Below, piece after piece: positions 1 to 8,400 of a stretch of DNA of 15,722 nt. This DNA is from a virus (Duplodnaviria; Heunggongvirae; Uroviricota; Caudoviricetes). The stretch lies in IMG/VR virus record IMGVR_UViG_3300028048_000122. One strand, 5' to 3'. Numbering within the stretch: the stretch's first letter is position 1; every line of letters begins with the position of its first letter. The position numbers and the translations under genes were made by a program. The notes below the pieces were generated by a model that was not told the origin of the DNA, made no database searches, and saw nothing but the letters and a program-made list of their open reading frames with translations.

Positions 1-3
1 CAG

Positions 4-213
4 ATGGACAAGAAGATCGATGCCGTTCTCTTGGACGCATGGCATGACTTTCCTGAAAAAGTGGATGTCAGCTGCGAAGCTTACGTTCATGAACTTGCCT
101 GGGAGATTATTCAACGCGTTTACGACTGGCTTCAGGAAGATAAAAATCTTGAAGGAATTAAGGCAGTTAAGCCGGCCGCGAAACTTCAGGACGAACCTTG
201 GAAGGCGGCGTAA
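4..213 (+). CDS. hypothetical protein (may be 5'-truncated at window edge)
   Basis: 69-aa ORF, first of a tightly packed + strand run (stop 213, next ATG 217); no recognisable motif. Confidence 0.55.
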   Translation: MDKKIDAVLLDAWHDFPEKVDVSCEAYVHELAWEIIQRVYDWLQEDKNLEGIKAVKPAAKLQDEPWKAA

Positions 214-216
214 GCC

Positions 217-561
217 ATGACGATAGATGGTTTACATAAACTGATTGATCGGGCAACCGTATTAGATCAAGAAATTAGGTATCTCGATAAGTACATTAAA
301 CAGGCTGAGCATATCAACAACGTATCTTTCGAGTATGCCATCTCAGACGAGATAGCTTATAGCGTTACCGTAGGAGAAACTACTCGTCCGCTTTATCGTG
401 TTAACAGCCTTCCAGCTTTAGAGAGCATTAAAGCTACCTACGTTAGGGAGCTTAAGGCTATTAAAAGCGAGACTGAATCCAAGTTAAATCGGATTTGCGG
501 AATTATCGAAGAGGCGGAACGGGCCTTGGGCAAGGTAGAAGCATTGGAGGAAACGGCATGA
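217..561 (+). CDS. hypothetical protein, coiled-coil-like
   Basis: 114-aa ORF whose TGA stop overlaps the next ATG (ATGA, 558-561), typical of translational coupling. Confidence 0.7.
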   Translation: MTIDGLHKLIDRATVLDQEIRYLDKYIKQAEHINNVSFEYAISDEIAYSVTVGETTRPLYRVNSLPALESIKATYVRELKAIKSETESKLNRICGIIEEAERALGKVEALEETA

Positions 562-1001
562 AACATTATATCGGCGTAAAAGAAATCGACGCAAAACCTA
601 TGACTCGCGGCGATTATAATAAATATCGCGGCTGGACTATTCCTGCCGACGAAAATCCAGGCGACGAAGGCTACTTGGTGAAATATCCTGACGGCTATGA
701 ATCCTGGAGTCCGAAAGAAGTGTTTGAAGAAGCTTACGTTGAATATGATGGTACGGGCCTCTTGAGCACCATCAAGGGCATGACCAGTCCTGATTACAAG
801 GAACGCTTTAAAGCTGAATACAAGCAGTTACAGATTCGCTGTGATAAACTCCGCGCAATGTTGGATAAATATCAAACCGGTGAGCTGAATTTCAAGCCGA
901 AATGCTCCTATAACCTGTTGCACGCGCAGTGCGTACACATGCAGGACTATTACCGCGACCTGTGTGTTCGCGCCGGCGCAGAAAACATTGAACTTCATTA
1001 A
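558..1001 (+). CDS. phage-type protein with an N-terminal YIGVK...GYLVKYPDGYESWSP domain (DUF2829-like) and a C-terminal crAss001_48-like domain
   Basis: GGAGG at 546-550, then ATG 558 (the 495 start in the ORF track is probably too early). Motifs MKHYIGVKEIDAKPMTRGDYN, GYLVKYPDGYESWSPKEVFEEAY and SPDYKERFKAEYKQLQIR..KL..ML recognised from memory as common in phage proteins. Confidence 0.75.
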   Translation: MKHYIGVKEIDAKPMTRGDYNKYRGWTIPADENPGDEGYLVKYPDGYESWSPKEVFEEAYVEYDGTGLLSTIKGMTSPDYKERFKAEYKQLQIRCDKLRAMLDKYQTGELNFKPKCSYNLLHAQCVHMQDYYRDLCVRAGAENIELH

Positions 1002-1017
1002 GAAAGGATTTTAATTA

Positions 1018-1353
1018 ATGGCAGAAATTAAGTACGATGAATTAAGAGAAATCATCGGAGATAAAGAAGTAATCTGCCCGTTCAACGATATCCTGTATAC
1101 GGATATCGTCGGTATGGGCCATAAAGAACATGACGCTTACGTTCAGATGGTAAAAGAAAAAGCCGGCGATAAGGAAGTCTTAATCATCGCCGCCATGAAA
1201 GCTGAAGACGATTGCGTAGATATCCACTACGTAGTTAAAAGCAATAAGAAATTCGAAAGAATAAGACGAATTACGGGCTATCTTACAGGGACAATTGACC
1301 GCTGGGGAAACGCAAAACGTGCTGAATTGCGTGATCGCGTAAAACACGCGTAA
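1018..1353 (+). CDS. small stand-alone protein with the class III (anaerobic) ribonucleotide reductase C-terminal glycyl-radical motif
   Basis: C-terminus FERIRRITGYLTGTIDRWGNAKRAELRDRVKH matches the NrdD RxxGYL...N..K..E..DR..H tail; only 111 aa, no catalytic barrel; RBS AAGGA at ~1004-1008. Confidence 0.8.
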   Translation: MAEIKYDELREIIGDKEVICPFNDILYTDIVGMGHKEHDAYVQMVKEKAGDKEVLIIAAMKAEDDCVDIHYVVKSNKKFERIRRITGYLTGTIDRWGNAKRAELRDRVKHA

Positions 1354-1364
1354 GGAAAATCGTC

Positions 1365-1508
1365 ATGGAAGAATACGTTGAATGGCTTCAGGCCATAATC
1401 ATCTTTGCGGGCCTTGGAGCAATTTGTGGAGAGACGGATAAAATCAGAATAGTATGCATGGCGGCAGTAGCCGCCGGCATGATTTTCTGGTATTCAATTA
1501 TCAAATAA
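1365..1508 (+). CDS. small hydrophobic protein, 47 aa, two predicted transmembrane segments (not in ORF track)
   Basis: My translation is MEEYVEWLQAIIIFAGLGAICGETDKIRIVCMAAVAAGMIFWYSIIK*. AAGGA upstream of ATG 1365; it fills the gap between the neighbouring genes. Confidence 0.6.
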   Translation: MEEYVEWLQAIIIFAGLGAICGETDKIRIVCMAAVAAGMIFWYSIIK

Positions 1509-1524
1509 AGGGGTGTTAAACAAT

Positions 1525-2262
1525 TTGAAAGTTACTTTATTAGCTCATACTCCTGAACCGGAGAAGCTGGTAGCTGCCGCGGCGAAACTCTGCTATTCGC
1601 AGAAGGTGAATATTGAGTCCCTTATGGATTCACTTACGCCGGACAACGTTGAAAAATTCGTAGGCAAGCTGGAGAGCTATGGGCACGGAAGTCCTTTTGA
1701 ACATGCTTCTTTTACCTTCGCTATCGAAGGTGTTAGCCGCGCATTTTTGGCTCAAATTACTCGCCATCGCGTAGGTACCAGCTTTTCCGTTCGTAGTCAG
1801 AGATACTGTTCGGAAGAGAATTTCGAGACGATTATGCCGCCCGCCGTTAAAGCTAACGACGAAGCTCGTATCGCATATCGTTCCGTTGAAGCTGATATCA
1901 AGAACGCTTATCATAAAATGAGAGAAGCAGGTATCGCTAACGAAGACGCTCGCAGCATTTTGCCAAATAGCTGTGAGACACGTATGATCGTCACGATGAA
2001 TGTGCGTCAGCTCTGGCATTACTTCAACGAGCGTTGCTGCACACGCGCACAGACGGAGCATAGACAAGTAGCTAATGAGATGCTGCGTTTGTGTAAAAAA
2101 GCCGCGCCGATCCTATTTCGTCATGCCGGTCCGAAATGCGTACAGGGTTACTGCCCCGAAGGCAGTATGTCCTGCGGCAAAGTTCCAACCATGGAGGAGC
2201 TTCAAAAAGCATACACTTTGATGAAGTTTGATGCCGCGATGGCAAAAGCTGCGGAGGCATAA
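1525..2262 (+). CDS. thyX: FAD-dependent thymidylate synthase ThyX
   Basis: HGSPFEHASFTF, RHRVGTSFSVRSQRY (RHR-x8-S-x-RY), EDARSILP, MNVRQLWHYFNERCC.RAQ.EHR. Start probably TTG 1525 (MKVTLLAHTPEPEKLVAAAAKLCYS) downstream of AAGGGGTG, rather than GTG 1513. Confidence 0.96.
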   Translation: MKVTLLAHTPEPEKLVAAAAKLCYSQKVNIESLMDSLTPDNVEKFVGKLESYGHGSPFEHASFTFAIEGVSRAFLAQITRHRVGTSFSVRSQRYCSEENFETIMPPAVKANDEARIAYRSVEADIKNAYHKMREAGIANEDARSILPNSCETRMIVTMNVRQLWHYFNERCCTRAQTEHRQVANEMLRLCKKAAPILFRHAGPKCVQGYCPEGSMSCGKVPTMEELQKAYTLMKFDAAMAKAAEA

Positions 2263-2633
2263 TGGAACAGGAATATGTTTATTATGCGCCCGTCCGCCTT
2301 CCCGTGCATGCACCGTTCATGTCTGAGCTGATTCGGTTGTTTGAGCAGCGTTATGGCTGGCGGGCAGAAAAGGATATCACGAAGAAGGGCTCGGACCCTT
2401 CCCGTATCGTCCGGGCTTTTGTTAGAGAGTGCGAAGCACACGACGGACGTGTGCGAACGACTCTTTACTGCAATACTTCCAGAGGGTTGACCCGAGTAGT
2501 GTTGTATGGCGAAGAATATATAGCCGAACTGGATCGCCTCTTGCGGAACCAGGAAACGGGAGTGAAAGATGGCTTTGTTACTAGCCAGCTCATCATCGGT
2601 AAAACGAAGTATGTCGTGTACCGAGAATATTGA
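2262..2633 (+). CDS. hypothetical protein
   Basis: ATG overlaps the thyX stop (TAATG); GGAGG upstream; 123 aa; no motif recognised. Confidence 0.7.
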   Translation: MEQEYVYYAPVRLPVHAPFMSELIRLFEQRYGWRAEKDITKKGSDPSRIVRAFVRECEAHDGRVRTTLYCNTSRGLTRVVLYGEEYIAELDRLLRNQETGVKDGFVTSQLIIGKTKYVVYREY

Positions 2634-2643
2634 ATAAGCAAAG

Positions 2644-2663
2644 AGCCGCCCAGGCGGGCGGCT
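2644..2663. terminator. GC-rich hairpin, candidate (possibly bidirectional) intrinsic terminator
   Basis: AGCCGCCC-AGGC-GGGCGGCT is a perfect 8-bp stem; the U-tract is weak on both strands (+ TAATTT, - CTTTGCTTAT). Confidence 0.5.
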
Positions 2664-2690
2664 TAATTTGCATTAAAGAGGTGAAACATA

Positions 2691-2906
2691 ATGAGATTAC
2701 GACCCGTAATGGGCAGCTTTGAAACCAGTTATCAGAAAAAGGCTTTTAAAGAATTACAGAAAGCGCTTTTAGCAAGCGGCATAAAAATCATTCTGAGAGA
2801 GCCTAATTGGGGAAGCAAAAAAGATTGGACGGATAAAGAAAAAATCATCCCGGAAGCGTTATCGCAAATCGGGATGATGTATTATGATCAGATTCCGGAT
2901 AAATAA
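2691..2906 (+). CDS. hypothetical protein
   Basis: 71-aa ORF with a good RBS (GAGGTG at 2678-2683); its 3' end overlaps the parB 3' end by 19 nt. Confidence 0.6.
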   Translation: MRLRPVMGSFETSYQKKAFKELQKALLASGIKIILREPNWGSKKDWTDKEKIIPEALSQIGMMYYDQIPDK

Positions 2907-3985
2907 CCCTGTTTCTTCAGGAGCTCTTTACTTTCGGGGGAAAGAGGTAAGGTCTTTAACGCGTCGATAATGGTATTGCGTACGAGATCGGAGTCCTTAT
3001 CCAATACGCAGAAGCCGAGGAGAGATGAATCCTTGGGCCGCGTAATAGGGAGCGTCAGTTTGTAAGTATGCGTCTTATGTTCCTCGGGAACACCGTCAAT
3101 TACTATCTTATCGATATCGTCGGTAGTATCGGCTTTTTTAAGAGCCTGTATCTGCCAACGGTTCATTTCGGTAATGTATCCGTTATCCACTATGTACTGC
3201 TGAAGTTTAACGGGAAGCTTGCATAGAACGGCGGCATCGGCGCGGGTCATTTCGCCGCGCGAGAAACGATCCAGTAACGGCGAGATGAGATTGCGCAAGC
3301 TGATATAGAAGAACGTAGTAGCACGCGAAGTCTTGAAATGCTCGGATACCTTGTTGAGTATATCCGTGCCAGAACCGTAGGAGCTCCGCTCCTTAGTAAG
3401 ACGGGCATATTCGGAATAACTCTTGACGCGAACCTTAGCGGACTCTTTCGCTCGCTGGGCGATATTGGACAGTATGATAATGCGCTGCGCATCATTTTCA
3501 TCGATGTCGTCAGCCTTATATATCTTGGCTGCGATAGCCAGATACTTGTCATCACCGGTAACCTGATACAAATCGTCGTAAGCAGATTCACGGGTATGTC
3601 CGGAAAGTATCATGTACTTCTGTTCAGGATTCTCGGGGTTCTCATGTTCCCATAGGATAATAGGACTCATAAGACCGTCCTGAGCTATAGAGCTTAGCAT
3701 GAGCATATAGGATTCAGAATCAGGTTTACCGAAGAAATTCCATGCGTCCGGCGCGCGATAAATAAGACGACGTTCGATAGGAGTCTCCTTGGATAAGTTG
3801 TCGTAATGAGCTCTTTGCAGTGCTGCGTCCGTTTCAGCCTCGGTGAATTTAACTTTAGCCTTAGAAGCGGTAGCTATCTTATTCTGGATAGCCAGTTTTT
3901 CTTCCACGCTCTTTTCTTCGCGGACATATTCCTCCAGCTTCTTAGTGGAGGTAGTAGACGTAAGCGGTTTATCGAATATTGACAC
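2888..3985 (-). CDS. parB: ParB-like partition protein (ParB N-terminal/CTPase-like domain plus HTH region)
   Basis: LSSIAQDGLMSPIILWE...YMILSGHTRESAY (GxxR motif), ILSNIAQR, and a downstream helical HTH-like segment; AGGAGGT RBS before the GTG start; directly follows parA. Confidence 0.85.
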   Translation of the reverse strand: MSIFDKPLTSTTSTKKLEEYVREEKSVEEKLAIQNKIATASKAKVKFTEAETDAALQRAHYDNLSKETPIERRLIYRAPDAWNFFGKPDSESYMLMLSSIAQDGLMSPIILWEHENPENPEQKYMILSGHTRESAYDDLYQVTGDDKYLAIAAKIYKADDIDENDAQRIIILSNIAQRAKESAKVRVKSYSEYARLTKERSSYGSGTDILNKVSEHFKTSRATTFFYISLRNLISPLLDRFSRGEMTRADAAVLCKLPVKLQQYIVDNGYITEMNRWQIQALKKADTTDDIDKIVIDGVPEEHKTHTYKLTLPITRPKDSSLLGFCVLDKDSDLVRNTIIDALKTLPLSPESKELLKKQGYLSGI

Positions 3986-4781
3986 GGGCGAGTACCTCCT
4001 CGGTAAGTTTTACGAATGCCTTGCTGGCCTTACTGTTGGGCTGACGGCGCGTAACGGGCTCGGATTCGTTAATAGCCTTCGCGACGGCTGCGCGATTATC
4101 TGGTATACGTGTTTTCAGTACGTCATCGCCCCATGCCTGACGGATAAACGGTTCTACCTTATGCGTAGAACTATCGTTATCGTAGGTGCGATTAAGGAAT
4201 ATGCCGGCAATCTTAAGCTCGGGGTTATCCTCGCGGGCATCAGAAATGAACTTCAAAGCAGTGTCAGCGCCTTCCACCGAGTCGGATTCCGCTATGGTAG
4301 GAATAAGAGCGTAATCGGTGGCTCTCAAGATGGCGCTCATCTCGTTACCGTAAGTCGGCGGCGTGTCAATAATAATGTAATCGTAATGATCAAGCTCGGC
4401 TATCTGATCAAATACACGCTTGAAGCTCTTAAGGGCTTTGGACGCGTTAACCGAGAAGATGTAATCATAACACTGGTTCTTCAGCTGCTTTCCGCCGACC
4501 AGAACATCCACGTTCTTATATTGGCCGGCGGGCGGCTTAAGATAATCCAGCGGATTAGGCTTGGAAGCTTCCATCACGACATCGGTTAGATAGTCACCTA
4601 ACGCGCCGCGACCATTGCTGATTTCCAGTCCGAATTTAGTCGCGCAGTTTCCTTGTGGATCCGTATCCACTAACAGGACGTTATGCTTGCGGCTGATAAT
4701 GTCCACCATGGCGGCGGCACTGGTAGTCTTACCAACCCCGCCCTTGTTGGACGTAATCGTAATAACGATCGGTTTTTTCAT
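3969..4781 (-). CDS. parA: ParA/Soj family partition ATPase
   Basis: Deviant Walker A SNKGGVGKTT, LLVDTDPQGN, Walker B YIIIDTPP, GIFLNR, C-terminal EPV....PNSKASKAF. Confidence 0.94.
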   Translation of the reverse strand: MKKPIVITITSNKGGVGKTTSAAAMVDIISRKHNVLLVDTDPQGNCATKFGLEISNGRGALGDYLTDVVMEASKPNPLDYLKPPAGQYKNVDVLVGGKQLKNQCYDYIFSVNASKALKSFKRVFDQIAELDHYDYIIIDTPPTYGNEMSAILRATDYALIPTIAESDSVEGADTALKFISDAREDNPELKIAGIFLNRTYDNDSSTHKVEPFIRQAWGDDVLKTRIPDNRAAVAKAINESEPVTRRQPNSKASKAFVKLTEEVLARVNIR

Positions 4782-4840
4782 AATAACTTACCCCCATAGG
4801 CTATTAAAAATAACAGTTATAACTTAAATAATATAACATT

Positions 4841-4851
4841 ATTATACTTTT
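4841..4851 (-). promoter_or_regulatory. candidate sigma-A -10 element for parAB (AAAAGTATAAT on the minus strand)
   Basis: ATTATA at 4841-4846 reads TATAAT on the minus strand, ~60 nt upstream of the parA start; no convincing -35. Confidence 0.5.
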
Positions 4852-4936
4852 TTCAAGTATAGCCGATAAAAGTATGTAAATGAAAACCCGAAAAGTGATA
4901 CAATAGAAACTAGAAAAGTATAATGCTGATACTTTT
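4843..4936. repeat. cluster of AAAAGTAT/ATACTTTT sites, including two inverted repeats
   Basis: ATACTTTT 4844-4851; TATACTT-n5-AAGTATA 4843-4861; AAAAGTAT 4868-4875; variant AAAAGTGATA 4891-4900; AAAAGTAT-n7-ATACTTTT 4914-4936. Confidence 0.7.
4896..4924 (+). promoter_or_regulatory. candidate sigma-A promoter(s) for the dnaE-helicase operon
   Basis: Extended -10 TG-A-TACAAT at 4896-4904 and a perfect TATAAT at 4919-4924, upstream of the AAAGGAGG RBS at 4943-4950. Confidence 0.55.
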
Positions 4937-4961
4937 TTGGAGAAAGGAGGATAAACAGAAA

Positions 4962-5408
4962 TTGAAGGAAACGGCTATCGAACGTGCATTACGGGAAATG
5001 CTTAAAGTGCAGAATTTCCTGGAACTCTTGGATACGGCCAAGAAGCAGAACGTTAAGTTTATCAACAAGGTACATGATATGAATGCTCAGCAACAGGACT
5101 TGCTGCACGAACTGGAACTAAAACAGTTCTACAGTTCCGAGGGTGCTAGAAAGGCTAAGATGCTGCGACAGCTCAGACAGGAACGCCGCGCCATTAAGGA
5201 TACGCTAGATTTATGGCGCCCGCTTAAGAACTTCGCCAATAAGCATCCTGAACTGAAAGAAGAATTAGGAGCTGTACTGCAGGAAGTAACCGACATCGTA
5301 AAGGAACAGTCCAACAGATATTACTGTCCGCGATCCAAGCAGGGCGAACCCGTAGCGTACAGACATTATGCGCCAACGAAAATAGATTTTGATAAAGCAT
5401 TGAATTAA
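4962..5408 (+). CDS. hypothetical coiled-coil protein, first gene of the dnaE operon
   Basis: Strong RBS AAAGGAGG at 4943-4950 points to TTG 4962, in frame with the 4923 ATG of the ORF track; charged helical sequence ending YYCPRS... Confidence 0.75.
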   Translation: MKETAIERALREMLKVQNFLELLDTAKKQNVKFINKVHDMNAQQQDLLHELELKQFYSSEGARKAKMLRQLRQERRAIKDTLDLWRPLKNFANKHPELKEELGAVLQEVTDIVKEQSNRYYCPRSKQGEPVAYRHYAPTKIDFDKALN

Positions 5409-5430
5409 GCTATAAAGAGGAGAGAGAAAA

Positions 5431-8400
5431 ATGAATAAGTATTACCCATTGCATGTACATACTGCTGGGGGGAGTGTAGGAGATTCCGTATTAACTATTC
5501 CGGAATATATTGCTAGAGCTAAGGAGTATGGACTGGATGCACTGGCTATTACGGATCATGGCTCTCTCAACGCAATGTATGAATTTTATGATGCCTGTAA
5601 GAAGGCTGAAATTAAACCTATCATCGGTATGGAAGCTTACGTTACCGATGATAATACCATCAAGGATACCGAGCATAAAGCCGGCTCTTCCTTCCATTTG
5701 ATTTTACTGGCTAAGAATGAAGAAGGTTTACGTAACCTGGTTAGTATTCATAATAACGCCGCTATCGACGGCTTTTATTATAAGCCGCGCACCGATTGGG
5801 AACACCTGCAGAAATGGGGCAAGGGCATCATCGCCTTATCAGCCTGTGTCGCCGGCGAAATTCCTCAGGCTATCCTTGAAAACGATGCCGACAAAGCCTT
5901 AGAACTTATCGACTTCTATAAGGGAGTATTCGATGAGTTCTACTTGGAGTTACAGCCAGGCTCTTTCGATGAACAGAAAACGGTCAACGAGGCATTAATC
6001 GAATTAGCGGCCGAAACCGATACTCCATTGGTTATCACTAACGACATTCATTATCTGGATAAGGAAGATGCCGTACGTCATGACTACCACGTAAAGCTGG
6101 GGCGCAGAAGTAAGAAGCTGGATGAGCAGATGATTTATCCTGATAGCTGCTACTGGTTCATGGACATCGAAGCTATTAAAGAAAACATGTCCATGGACGA
6201 GTATATTTTAGAGGAGGCTTTGAACAATGCCGCCCACATCGCTGAAGTATGCAACGTCGAAGTAGATGACTCATTGCATATGCCCCAGTGTGTAGACTTG
6301 CCGGAAAGCGTTACGGAAGAGGAAGCTCTTTACGAAATTTGTCACGAGCGCTTGGAAGAGCTGATTAAGGACAAAGACAATGCTCAGGTTTATATTGACC
6401 GCTTAGAACACGAACTCGAAGTCATTAAGCAGAAAGGCTTCTGTGGGTACTTCCTTATCGTGGCGGACTATATCGAATGGGCGCGTTCTCAAGGAATTCC
6501 CGTAGGCCCGGGGCGTGGAAGCGCCGCAGGTTCACTGGTAACCTACCTGTTGAATATCTGTCAGGCAGACCCCATCCAGCATGGACTGATGTTCGAACGT
6601 TTCTTGGATCCTTGCCGCGCAAGTATTCCAGATATCGACACGGATTTCGGAAGTTCTGGCCGCGACAAGATGTTTGATTATATGGTAGAACATTATGGCT
6701 ATGAACATTGCGCTATTATCTCCACTATGATGACGCGCAAAACCAAGGGGGCTATTCATGATGCTGCCCGTATCTTGGGCTATGAGCCAAAAGTAGGCAA
6801 CGAAATCGCAGCGCTCATCCCCGATGTTTATTACGGTGATGACGGCAATCAGAAGAAAGATTTGGATATCAAGACTTCCTTGGAAGTAGTACCTGAGCTC
6901 CAGAAAATGCAGAAGGCTTATCCGGACATTATCAAATTGGCCGGAGAACTGGCGGGGCTTCCATCAGCTAAAGGGATTCATGCTGCCGGCGTATTAGTTA
7001 GCCCGGTAGACTTAACTGAAGGAATGCCGCTCATCAAGCCTAGCCGTGAAGGTATTTTAGCATCCGCGCTGACATTGGAGGATGCTGAAAGACAAGCGGT
7101 CAAATTTGATTTCTTAGCTTTAAGCCATCTGGATATCTTAAAAGCCGTGGAAGATATGATTGATTGGCATTTTGATTTCCGTAACGAAGAATTATTCCAT
7201 GATGAAAAAGTTTGGGCCACTATCGGTTCCAATAATACTACTGGAATTTTTCAGATCGGAAGTAATACTTATAAAGCACGCATGCCGAGATTGGTACCGA
7301 CTACGTTGGACGAACTTGCTGCTTGCCTGGCCCTAGTTCGCGGCCCGTGTATTTCCAATAAGACGGACGAACTCTACATGCAGATTATTGAAGGTAAGGA
7401 AAAGATCCGTAAGGTGCATCCTATTTACGATGAAGTTATGAAAGCCACTAACGGGATTATGATATTCCAAGAGCAGATTATTAAGCTCATCGTAGCATTC
7501 GGCTTTGACTTGCCGACAGGATACACCGTGATGAAGTATGCACAGAAAAAGAAAGTGGAAAAACTTAAGGAATTCCGCCCTAAGTTTATCGAACAAGCTA
7601 AGACTAAGCAGTGCAATGAAAAGACTGCTAATAAAATCTTCGACATGATCGTTGACGCAGGAAAATACAGCTTCAACATGGCTCACGCTATCTCTTACGG
7701 TTCTATCACTTATGCCAGCGCTTATCTTAAGACGCATTATCCTTTGGAATTTGCCTGCGCCTTGTTGACTGATACATGGAGCCGCGGCAAGGATAAGGAA
7801 TATAAGGCCGTTTACGAAGATTGTGTCCGTAACGGTATTAAGTTCCTGCCGGCCAGCGCCAAGGAGAGTGAATGGAATTTCACGATTGAAGACGGCAAAA
7901 TCCGCGTAGGTTTATGTGCTATTAAAGGCTTGGGCGAAAAAGCCGTGGAAGTTCTCGCGGCGCATACCGAAGATCATTACGAGACTATCGCCGAGTTCGT
8001 AGAATGCCTGAATGAAGGAGAACCTCGGGTATTCAATAAGAAGGCCATGACCGTGGCTATTTATAGCGGATTGTTTGATTACCTGCTTACAGCCGATGAT
8101 ACGAGAACTGACCTTTATCAGCAGTATCTCGATTATCGCGGAGGTAAGGAAGAAGTGCCGGCGGAAATCAAGCTGGGCACTAAGGACTTCACCATTCATC
8201 CGGATGATGATAAGGCCACCTTGGAGATAGCATTTAGTGCGCAGCAATTCGTGTACAGCCAGATTAACTCCATGGAATCAACCAACTGGCGCCGTGTCAA
8301 GAATCATAATCTGTTTACCGAAGCCTACGGTATCATTCAGAAGGTAAAGAAAAGTAAGGATGCTTACGGCGATCAGATGGCTGAAATCACCATCGCTATG

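Noticed and set aside
495-557. Upstream extension of the 558 gene (MRNYRRGG...)
   Set aside because: It overlaps the previous gene by over 60 nt; GGAGG plus the ATGA overlap marks 558 as the start
3843-4589. 248-aa + strand ORF
   Set aside because: Antisense shadow of parA/parB with no motifs or RBS
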